This document shows positions 1 through 10,100 of a stretch of DNA of 20,000 nt, one piece after another. This stretch comes from Catajapyx aquilonaris (taxonomy: Eukaryota): positions 245,636-265,635 of the forward strand of contig KZ537969.1 in NCBI GenBank assembly GCA_000934665.2, given 5' to 3'. Numbering within the stretch: the first letter of the stretch is position 1; every line of letters starts with the position of its first letter. Made by a program: the position numbers and the translations under genes. The notes below the pieces were generated by a model that ran no database searches, was not told the DNA's origin, and saw nothing but the letters and a program-made list of their open reading frames with translations.

Positions 1-5
1 AGTAC

Positions 6-362
6 CTCTTGTTGCCCATTTTGGACAGCTATTCCCTGGTGGCTTATCCTCTTCTGCCCCTGACGACACCCTGCTGCGGTGTCACAACTCCCTGAACCCA
101 TGCCGGATGCCCACATAAACTGGAAGGTAGTACCTGGCTTCCATTCCCCTAAAGCATACTCGTTTGCAGCAGAGTTCAAGGAGGCCATGAGCTCATTGCG
201 CATTTTCCACTTCAGCCTCATCGCCTGCACCTTCCTTCCTCCACGTTTCCTCCTCTTCTTTCTCCTTCCTTGATTACCGGGCCCTGCGGCGTCCCTCACC
301 TCCTCTTCAGGTGCCTCTTCAGGCATGTTGTCGACAACCACTGCAGAATCAGAGGACATCAT
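6..362 (-). CDS. 5' coding portion of an unidentified gene running off the window edge (acidic N-terminus, then an Arg/Lys-rich tract)
   Basis: Manual translation from ATG 362 is stop-free to the window end: MMSSDSAVVVDNMPEEAPEEEVRDAAGPGNQGRRKKRRKRGGRKVQAMRLKWKMRNELMASL...QNGQQE. Possible phase-0 donor GAG|GTACT at 5-4. Absent from the ORF track, probably because it has no stop in the window. Lies divergent from the promoter motifs at 610-765. No family recognised. Confidence 0.6.
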
Positions 363-611
363 TCTCTTGTTCTAACGAAGCCAGATTCGAAATTTCGGAT
401 TCAAACCGTCCACAGCGGTTGAAAGCAAGTCTGGCAATGTTGCCGCGCCGAATGCTCCACACGGCAACACTGCCTAAATGATTAACAATATGTTTAACAA
501 ATCGGCATATTATTTTATTCACATTTTTTAAAAATTTGATAAATAGCAGTTGCATAAATGTTGATGAATATTAAATCGGGTCGAATAATAAGTGAGGTAA
601 TATGGTAGGAT

Positions 612-765
612 TCTGATTGGCTGCATGGAGTTAGATTGGTCTCAGCAGCCAATAGGAAATTGGGTGTGCCGCCATCTTGCAGCTCGTAGCATCCAACACC
701 AATTTACACTATCAATCCGACAATAACCAATCACACGGCTTTCCCGCATCAGACGCATGCGCACT
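612..765. promoter_or_regulatory. Bidirectional housekeeping-type promoter (CCAAT boxes, YY1, NRF1-like)
   Basis: ATTGG at 616 and 635; CCAAT at 649, 699 and 727; YY1-type GCCGCCATCTTG at 668-679; NRF1-like CGCATGCGCA at 754-763. Sits between two divergent coding starts (362 minus, 1001 plus). Confidence 0.7.
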
Positions 766-1000
766 TTCTTCCCACATGTTCTGTGCACAGGGAGTAGGCA
801 GGAATTGCATAATTAATTTCGCGTTTTTATTGCGGTCACACGCTTTTCTCCTCTGGTTTAAAAAAATATAGTGTCCGTCAACCGGTGTATTTTTAAGTAG
901 ATAACAAGTGTTGTAGGTGCGACGGGGACAGAGACGATGGGAGGAGAGACAACCCGCTAAGGTGGAGGACAGCACCTGGCCAAACATATAACAGCAAAGG

Positions 1001-2955
1001 ATGCAGCGGTTCATCAGCACGCTATGCACCTTGGCCAGAGGTAATTTCAGGCTCGGAGTTAAATTTTTTGGCAAATAGTAAAAAGAAAGAAATCAACATA
1101 ACCAAGATGTGACAACATAAATTTTCATATGACTGAAGGGCATATTTTAAATTTCGAAAAAGAGGAGAAAAATAACAAAAGATGTGACAATGTTAAGTAC
1201 GAGTAGTAAAAAAAATATTGATAGGAAAAATCACTAAAAATAATCACAATAATTTTCATTGGCTGAAGCCCACGTTTTTAAATAGAAAAAATATATATAT
1301 CGGTGGTAAAGATTTATCAAAATAACAAGAGTGATTGTTGATAGTTGCAGGGATAAGACCTTCTCGGCAGTGCTCCGATTTGACACACCATTTTGAAGAG
1401 GGGAATACAGGATCCCAGAAGAGCGAGGGATGCTTCGTTAGCCATGTCGTTTCATGTGTGAAGAAGTTTGATTATGGAGCGTGTCTGACTGGCAGGGTGC
1501 TTGCTGCGAGCAGTGGCAATGAGAATGAGGGGGATGGGAAGGGGGAAGACAAGTTCAGGAAGAAGACTGAGGAATTTAGATTGCCACCACCATGCTTCTC
1601 CTTTTTAGATGCACTTGGATGTGTGAGTACTTGATATTTTCATAATAATACGTAATTAATTATTGCAGTTTCATTTGTATTTAGCACTGATTTTTGTAGA
1701 AAATTAACATTAACTTAAATCCGTATTTTCCAGAGTGCAAGCATAGTACTTGGATACCACCTTGTTCAACCGTTGCGAACACGTCGCAACAACAACGAAA
1801 ACGATGCAGTTAGCAATAAGAGCTCAAAGACTAGTCATGAACTGTCCCGCATTTTATGGCGCCTTCTTGTAAGCCAGTCTTCAGGAGCACGCCTTCAAAT
1901 ATTGCCAAATGTAGCAGCGCATACCACGAAAGCTGCGAGCGAAGAGAGTTGTGAAGAAAGCTTAGGTTCAAGTTGGGACAGTGACTGCGAGAGCCAGAGT
2001 GAGAGCGACTTTAGCTGTGATGACGAAGCGAATGAGGAGCTGGAAAATGCCGTGGCGAGGCTGACTGAATCGCACAGTGACTTGATTTGCGCTGCACACC
2101 TTAAAGACGGGGTAGCTCTAATGGCTAGGAAGGAAACGCAATCACATGGATTTAACTCTCTGCTAAGAGCATCCGAGTTGGACAGTCCCACAGCGCATTT
2201 TAATGTCGGCTTGTGCTATCAGCTTGGCAAGGGCACCACGGCCAACGCAGCCAAGGCGGTGCAATACTATGAGAAGGCGGCTGCCAAGGGCCACAGCACC
2301 GCTATGTACAACCTTGCCGTAATGCTGCTGCAGGGAAGGGGAGGGCTTCCGGTGGACACCACTCGGGGAATGGGGCTCTTGAGGCAGGCATCAATCATGG
2401 GACAAAAGGACGCCATGCAAGCAGTCGCTGCCTACCAGGAAGGTGCGTGAAATTTTATGATCTGTGTGTTAACCGGTTGCCATGGTGATAGTTGCCATGG
2501 AGACCCACTGCCATGGCAACCAAACCGGAACAAACAAACAAACTTTGCCTTTTTATAATGATAGAGATTTGTAGATTCGTTCCTACAGTCATTGTCATGG
2601 GTCCAATATTATTATGGCAAATTTTTTAAATGAAGTTGCTTCATTGGAGTGCTTTGGCATAATAATAACTCTTAAAAAAAATTGTGATTTGTTTTCAGAG
2701 CCACCGGTGATGTCTGGTAAAGCGTCTGCCAGTCGTCCTTGGGATGATGACAGGCACAGAGAGCACATTTTGATGCGTGCCCTTGGCTACCTGGCTTTGG
2801 CAGACGTGAAATCGGGGAACAACAGCTGCCTCCGCCAGAGCTCCTCGACTCCATCTTTGGGAGAAGGCCTCGTGACCCTAGAAGCTCCTCTTATGACCTC
2901 GTTTTCAGAGCTAAGTCTTCAGGACGGTGCTTCCGGAGTTAGGATGACTTCCTAA
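1001..2955 (+). CDS. DELE1: SEL1/TPR-repeat protein, DELE1-like (DAP3-binding cell death enhancer 1), ~425 aa, 4 coding exons
   Basis: Exons 1001-1040, 1351-1622, 1734-2442, 2699-2955; all introns GT-AG with compatible phases (1278 nt). N-terminus MQRFISTLCTLARGIRPSR is Arg-rich and acid-free, like a mitochondrial presequence. It is followed by a hydrophobic segment FLDALGC/SASIVLGYHL and SEL1 repeats AHFNVGLCYQLGKGT..AVQYYEKAAAKGH..AMYNLAVMLLQGRGG..GLLRQASIMG. The SEL1 repeats are secure; DELE1 orthology is inferred from architecture. Confidence 0.7.
2476..2520. promoter_or_regulatory. Three tandem RFX X-box motifs in intron 3 of the DELE1-like gene
   Basis: GTTGCCATGGTGAT 2476-2489, GTTGCCATGGAGAC 2491-2504 and ACTGCCATGGCAAC 2507-2520, each within 2-3 mismatches of the palindromic X-box GTTGCCATGGCAAC. 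Confidence 0.6.
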
Positions 2956-3323
2956 ATATTAAAGAAAATGGGGGGGAAAAAAAAAAAAAAAAGTTTGACT
3001 ACGGTCAAGTACACCAGTACCTTTGTGTTAGTATTAAGAATGTGAATGCATGGCATTGTTCACATATAATCATGTTACGCCACTTATGTTATAGTCAAAC
3101 TATAATGTGTATTTGTACCGGTAATAAACTCGAGAAAATTATGCGGTGTTTGCAGTGTACTGGAATATGGAATAGTTTATTTGTAGCTGGTCTTTTAATA
3201 AGCGTTACTGATGGATGCGGGGCGGCACTTGTGATAAAATCATACACAAGTGTCCAGTGCCATACGCAAAAAATTTTTTTCTATACATTTTATTTTGCGT
3301 TCTATTTCTTTGAACTGGTACAC

Positions 3324-3418
3324 TGTTGCCAACATGTCAGCCAAGTTGGCAACACTGTTTAGTTTGGACGCAGCCGGCAGTTGCCTAATTCGTATGCGCC
3401 CCTTCGTCTTTCGCGCCA
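3324..3418 (+). promoter_or_regulatory. RFC3 proximal promoter with E2F site
   Basis: Canonical E2F site TTTCGCGC at 3409-3416, about 60 nt before the ATG; inverted pair TGTTGCCAAC 3324-3333 / GTTGGCAACA 3345-3354. E2F control is typical of replication genes. Confidence 0.6.
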
Positions 3419-3476
3419 CCGGCATTGTTCTGTTGTCCATTTTGACCTCCGTTTGCGGTCAGTGCAGGGGTCAAAG

Positions 3477-5065
3477 ATGAGCCTTTGGGTGGACAAGCAT
3501 CGGCCCACCTCTCTGGCCAAGCTGGACTACCACAAGACCCAGGCGGCCTACCTCAAGCAGCTGGTACGGATGTGAAAGGTTAGGTTGTGATTGCGACGAC
3601 AACAGTTCTTGTTTTTGTTCTTTCAGGTTCAGCAGGGCGACTTCCCACATTTGATGGTGTATGGTCCATCAGGAGCAGGGAAGAAGACCAGGGTCATGTG
3701 CCTACTCAGGGAACTGTATGGACCTGGAGTTGAGAAGCTCAGGATTGAGCACCAGGAGTTTCAGGTATAGCCGTCCGCTGAGATGAGTATTCTAGGAGAA
3801 AGGTCGCAGACCTGAAGCTCAAAATAGCCTCCAAGACAGGCACCCGCTACCTCTTCCTCACGACCACTTCGCTCATGGTTCGCTTGACTCGCTTGGAGGC
3901 TATTTTTGAGCTTCAGGTCTGCTACCTCCTGGAAGTAACTACACATTATTGCTCTACTACATGAACGCTTATATCACGAGATGTTGTGGCTTGTTTGTAA
4001 TGTTTTTTGCGATGGGGAAATTTCAGACGCCATCAAAAAAAAAACTGGAAGTAGTGACTGTTGCTAGCAACTACCACATTGAAGTCAATCCAAGTGATGT
4101 GGGAATATACGATCGGGTTGTAGTACAAGAGCTTATTAAAATGGTGGCGCAGACTCAGCAATTGGATGTAGGCGGACAGCGTGACTTTAAAGGTTAGTCT
4201 TTAAAATTATTTAAAGAGATGCAAGGTGATAACGATGTTGTCTGTTAGTTATCGTGTTGACAGAGGTGGACAAACTGACCAAGGAAGCCCAGCACGCACT
4301 GCGTCGCACGATGGAGAAGTACATGCGTACATGCCGCATTGTCCTGGTGACGACATCGACCTCAAAGGTGATACCAGCCATACGAAGCAGGTGCCTTGGA
4401 GTTCGAGTCTCTGCCCCAACGCAGGAGACCATTATACAGGTGTTGACACAAGTGTGCAAGAAAGAGGGGCTCACTCTGCCAAACCAGTTGGCCAGTAGGA
4501 TTGCAGAAAAGTCAGGCAGGAACCTCAGGAGAGCCCTACTCATGTGTGAAGCATGCAAAGTGGAGCAGTGAGTTGAGACATTTTTGGATTTGCCTTTTCT
4601 ACAACTGCTTATTGTGATTTGCATTTAAGGTCGCCATTCCAAGAGGACCAGAAGATCCACGAACCAGATTGGGAGACTTACTTGAGCCAAACTGCGGCTA
4701 AAATAGTCGAGGATCAGAGCCCTCCGAACCTACTGGAAATCAGGGGCCGATTGTATGAACTACTTACTCACTGCATTCCACCCAATGTAATTTTCAAGGT
4801 TGGTGGTTCACTTTTTACAAATTTTCATGCTTAAACCTTCAGATGATTCAGTACAGAGACACTTAATATTACACAGGGTCTGCTGAAGGAATTGGTGAAG
4901 AACTGTGACGGGCAAGTCAAGACTGACGTAACCCAGATGGCGGCAATGTACGAGCATCGACTAAACCTGGGGAACAAGGCCATATTCCATTTAGAAGCAT
5001 TTGTAGCCAAGTTCATGTCAATTTACAAGCGATTCATGGATGACGCTATGGACGTGGACTTTTGA
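3477..5065 (+). CDS. RFC3: Replication factor C subunit 3 (38-kDa clamp-loader subunit), 355 aa, 6 coding exons
   Basis: Exons 3477-3563, 3627-3764, 4027-4192, 4249-4567, 4630-4798, 4877-5065 (1068 nt, all GT-AG). Motifs: [10 protein letters not shown] start, degenerate Walker [10 protein letters not shown], Walker B variant [20 protein letters not shown] motif, C-terminal [16 protein letters not shown]. Confidence 0.97.
3801..3927. repeat. Inverted repeat (~35-bp arms, 56-nt spacer) in RFC3 intron 2; probable MITE remnant
   Basis: AGGTCGCAGACCTGAAGCTCAAAATAGCCTCCAAG (3801-3835) versus the reverse complement of 3892-3927: one mismatch and one 1-nt indel. No clear target-site duplication. Confidence 0.75.
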
Positions 5066-5378
5066 ATTGGAAATGAGGTACACCTCTTTTGCATTACATG
5101 ATTTATTCAGCTCACACATTACAAAGACCTAAAAGGCAGTATCTTTTGCCTCTTATTTCACGGGGTGTGGGAGAAGTCATCTCTATTTTTTTAGGCTTGG
5201 ATTTGGGGAAACCAAAACTTTGTTCCTAATACTGTTGCTGGGCTGCAAAAAGGCATTTCTTATGCATCACAGTAGTTGTGCTTAGTTTTTTTTTGTGTGT
5301 TTTTATTTTAAAAGCTTCTTTATTTTTTTAAATCTTTTGGTTTGGATCAACACTTAGAAGCGAGTCTTGCTGAACTAC

Positions 5379-5388
5379 AATAAATAAA
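5379..5388 (+). terminator. Candidate polyadenylation signal of RFC3
   Basis: Overlapping AATAAATAAA about 310 nt after the stop codon, followed by a T-rich tract at 5405-5415. Confidence 0.55.
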
Positions 5389-6194
5389 GGCAAACTCCCA
5401 TCTCTTTTTTTTTTTCTCTCTGTGTTACTGTATCAAAAAGGAGAGGTCTAGAAATGCGTTCACTAAAAACTGCAGCAGCCTACATTTTCTCATGACTACA
5501 ACAGCCTTTCATTATTAATATATGTGTAACAGGGCAAGTTGATACAGTACATTATTTCTGGCATCAACGGTAAAGCTACCAGCAATGTTAGGGGGTTTTT
5601 TAAGGGAGGGGGGGCGAACAAGGGTACGGGTAAATGTGAAAACAATTTGTCATTAAAACCACCGAGTTACCGAGGCCACTGGTTGGAAACACTAAAATGC
5701 AGTGTTTGGGGAGGGGGGGCAGGGGTTATTTTTTTTGTAAAGGGTTCTAAAATCTAATATCTGCCAAGATTTAAAACCATCACAATGTTTTAGAATCTTG
5801 ACCAGTACTTTTTTTTTCTCTCTTACAAGTGGGAAGGGATGTTAACAATTAATTTCCTTTTTTTTCCAGCACTGTCTGATTGCGGTTAACCACCAACACT
5901 ACACATAACAGCTCAAAAAGATTCTTTTTTTGTAGGACAATTACGATACAACACATGTGCTGTACAACTTGTGTCAATTTCCACCCCTACGTGTTTTCTT
6001 TTCTTTTTTTCTTTTTTTTAATGGTAAGGAAGTGGGATTGGGGTGGAACAGTGACAGAAAATACATTTCTTGCAAAAACTAGCGAATTTTTTCTTCCCCT
6101 TTTTTTTCCTGGCAGCGAAAACTTTGCAACAATTAGGGTTTGGGCGCTAAAAAGTGATAAGTGTTCGATATGCTAGAAACAATTTGCAATAGCG

Positions 6195-6223
6195 TCTCTC
6201 TCTCTCTCTCTTTCTCTCTCTCT
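6195..6223. repeat. (TC)n microsatellite
   Basis: Interrupted TC dinucleotide run. Confidence 0.8.
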
Positions 6224-7192
6224 CCCCCATGCAACTCTCAAGCAATATTTTCTTTCCAAAATGTGGATAAGTCTGAAGTGTATTTTTTTTTTTTTTGCAC
6301 GCGCGTGTACATGCGTTTATATTACATTGATGTATATGAGCAAGTCTTGAAGCTTATTTTTGGAAACTGCTAGGATAGTTATTTTTTTCCCTTCTAAAAC
6401 AGCTGTGTGTTTTTTTAAGGCTGCATATTGTCAGCATAAGTTCATTAAAAAAATTCCCATGCACATATTCTTTTTAAAAGCCAGTGGACCCTTGGTAACA
6501 CATCCTCTTTTTTTTTTTTACAATCTTACATCCTTTTTACGGGGGAGATTATGGGAGGGGCATAATGTCCTCAAATTACACTACAACAATAGAAAGATTG
6601 ATCTGGACCCATGGGTGAGGAAAATGTCAAGTTTATTCTCTCTTGCTGTTACGCAATTTTTAAAACCATTTCGCGGTTCATTATCACCTCCTTTTCAAAA
6701 TTATAAGTGTACAAAGGAACAAACGAAGCGTAACTGCAGTACATTACGTTGCAAGCATCGTTTGTGGCGAAGTCAGTAACAAAAGCCATGAGATTTGGAT
6801 TACTTTTCAAGTTAATTACGAACTAATTTTTTTTTACGAGACTCGTGGCTTTTTTACTGGCTGTCGAGAAGCCTGACTAGATATATTACTTTGTGAAGCG
6901 TACACTGCAGTAATCTCATTTGGTCATTATTAATGGATTCAATATTATTTGAGGGGGCGTGGCTTAATCTGAGGGTCGTGGCCTATTCCTGGGGCGAGAC
7001 CAGGCGGGCAAGCACTTCCGATTGGCTAGGCGAGACTACCCTTCCTTCCAACGGGGTGATGCAAGCCCCACCTGATTGGTCTACCGGGTACATACTTCCT
7101 CCCCTCGAAGTTTCTTGGCCGTCCAATTGGCCAAGAGAGTCAGAAGCCTCTCCCTCTGATTGGCCGATCATGTCCGGCCCCTCCTCCTCATC

Positions 7193-10100
7193 TCAGGACT
7201 CCCCCCCTCCGTTAACACCACTCCCCCCTCCACCTCTGCGACCTGTGAGTGACCCTATGACCGATTTCAGTTTTTCTCCCAACCCTCGACTGCTGGGTGT
7301 GTGCTCCGCCCCCTGGCCGCACCCCCCGGCCCCTCCCCCTCCGATCCTCTGCGGGTATGCATCGAGACACTTCTGGTATCTCAGCTTGCATGCTGCCTCT
7401 ATTGTTTTGCACAGGGCGCCCGATGAGGGCTCGCAGTTGAAAACATGTGCCACGAACATGTCCTGTGCGGTGTGCATGATGAATGCACATTGCTTAACGT
7501 TCTTACCGATCCCAAGGAAGGACAGGTATCGCACACGACATTCAGCGAGGATCTTTGGCTTATCTGGCTGGGTGGCAGGAGGTGGGGGGACCTGTTGAGA
7601 GGCCAAGGGCAAGGTTGGAGGTGCTTCTGGGTGGGTAGAAACAGTGATCATTGACGGGGCCACGGCCACATCCACCTGGGGGAATGACTCCGGAGGACCT
7701 GAGCATGACAGGCGATCTATCGCATCATTCAGGACATCCATGCCGGTCGCTCGGGTTACCTGCAAAATAGGCATAATCACTCTTCGGAGTCTCCTCACCT
7801 ACACATGCACCAATTAGCCTACATGTCGATTGATAATTTGAACTGAGCCCACCCCAAATTATGTTACAACGGAGCTTACCTGTACACTTCCAAGGTACCT
7901 GACCCTCAGCACCTTCTTTGGTTCTTCCATGGGCGTGGGGAATGTCTCTGGTGCCACGATTGGCTGACCAGTGGCCCCGCACAGCCGGAAGCGCCGCCTC
8001 TCAGTTGGCAGATTAGTTGGGCGAGCCACCTGCCTTGACTTGTTGCCAGATCCAGACCCTGCGTCTGAGGTAGATAGAAGCAATCCTGGCGGAAAGGCAG
8101 CTGTGCCAACTGCACCCGCAACTCCTCCCTGCTGAAGGCTCCGCTCAATCATTATGCGCTTGCAAATGTCTCTCAGTGTGTTGGCAATCGTGCGTGCTGG
8201 TATGTCACACCTGAACACGTGACACATGTACTTGCGGGTGGAACGGTCACGTGCCACGTAGGCAAAGTCCTTCCCGTTGTCACGGCCAACTCCCCATACC
8301 CGTATCGTGTGGATGGGCTGTGCATTTAGTGGTGACATCGTCTCGGGATCAACCAGCTTCAGTGACCCTTCATCTAGGTCCATGTAGAGGTCCTTCCCAT
8401 CACCCCATCGTCCAACAACATCAAGCAGGTCATTCTTGCCCAGTGATAGATCAATTATGCATTTGTTAACGGCTTTGCTGCTCCGTTCAGGTGTGAGGTC
8501 ATCTTCTGCAATTTCAACCCATCCAAGTGACCGTACAGCAAACCGTATCGCCTTGTCACTGCTGCGGGTTGGATAGCTTCGCCTCTTCAAGGCAGTGTCT
8601 GCCTTCTCCACATCCATTTCTGACAACGCTGTGGTGCTGGTGCTACGTGGCACTGCAGGAGGAGTTTCCTCGCATGACAATGCCCTCACAGGCAGCTGCA
8701 CCTGACCATCTTTTGGCAGTTCCCTCTGGATGGTACCCGACTTTATGTGCCAGTAATAGGCACCGTCTTGGTCTTCATGCCGCTCCCACCCACTTGGTAG
8801 TGTGTCTGGTAGTGCTGGTGCCTCCTCAGATTCTTCTGAGGGAGGTGACTCGGAAGAATCGTCTGGTGGTGACTCGGTACATGTCCGTATCAGGTCTGGC
8901 GCTTGGTTGGAGTCTCCATTGCTGTAGTAATTGGCATTGTTGAGATTGTCCCCACCGCTGGATGGGGTATTGTTGCGGTTGTTGTCCTGGTCAGGGGTGT
9001 CCAGGTTGGTGACAGGGACGCCATCCACACCCATGGAAGCTATGTCCAGGTGGGCGTATGCAGTGCGGTTCCGGACATTGGCAGGAGGGTTGCTGTTGCT
9101 TCCTGTAGGGTGAATTGCAGAAAACTGATCAGTCTCTTGATCACAAATGTAGCAAACGTATGCAATACACTGTATTGTGACTCACTTGAATTGAGTTTTA
9201 CGAACTATTTTATTGAACAAAATCAGTGTATGTAATGTAGGTTTTCACAAACATTTTCGATCGTGAACCACAAAGGTAAATTCTATCCCAATTCATCACC
9301 CAGATTATTTTTAACCACACTTCTTGTATACATGCAAAATATAAGCACTTGCAGGTACTGCAGAAATGTTCAAGCATGAACACTATAATAGCAGAGACAA
9401 TGTTATTTTGAAGTCACAGTTGGATCAAAGGACAGATTTGTTTCATTAATTACTAATCTTGGGCCTCCCATGCTATGTGGAACAGTATGTCATAAGTTCA
9501 TTTATTTCCATGGATGTGCTTTAAAAAGCATGAGATAAAAATAGGTTGATCATTCCACTTGGGATATAATTGAAATCAGGCATGAAAGCATTCAAAGGCA
9601 GCCAATTGAATCTGCACAACGCTAATTAATGCCAGCGATCAATAACCTCTGCGTCGCATATTGTGTATTGTACAGAACCCTGATGCACCCTGAAGCCGCA
9701 CAGATTCCAGGCATCCATGGGAACAGAATCAATTTTACAGCCTTTATTTGCAGGTCACGTCAATCAAGCAAGTAAACAGCACTTGTTTCTGCATCAACAA
9801 GTGGAAAGTACACAGCATAGCCTTTCTGAAATGGTTTCAGCCTGTACGGGTTTTTATGTGGTTACCGATTCTAGTGATTTGCTATTTATAATGTTTTCAT
9901 GACCTAAATGGCAAGCGAGGTTTCATACAGTTCTTGTGCATCAAAGTGTCTGGTATACGAACCTCACTCACACATACCTAAATACTTAAACGATTCTATG
10001 ACAGGATACAGCAATATATGTAATATATAAATTGTAATATGTTACACCTGGCAATTATTCAGGTATGGATCAAGAGCATTTCATGTACAATAGTCAAAAT

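Noticed and set aside
917..1000. Upstream ATG at 937 as the DELE1-like start
   Set aside because: Closes at TAA 958-960 after 7 codons; at most a short uORF.
1895..2191. Minus-strand ORFs over the DELE1-like, RFC3 (4211-4624, 4831-5016) and DIS3 (16983-17246, 18235-18567) exons
   Set aside because: Antisense shadows of well-supported plus-strand exons.
5539..6779. ORFs between RFC3 and Fe65
   Set aside because: Phe/Lys-rich translations of homopolymer-rich UTR-like sequence.
7193..7195. Selenocysteine recoding of the Fe65 TGA
   Set aside because: No SECIS element recognised by eye, the position is in a low-complexity tail, and Fe65 is not a known selenoprotein. A SECISearch run would settle it.
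6933..7598. 221-aa plus-strand ORF, and ORFs 7445-7654, 8251-8469, 8527-8943 and 8903-9235
   Set aside because: Antisense shadows of GC-rich Fe65 exons with no recognisable domain. ORF 6933 starts upstream of the CCAAT cluster, so that cluster does not explain it.
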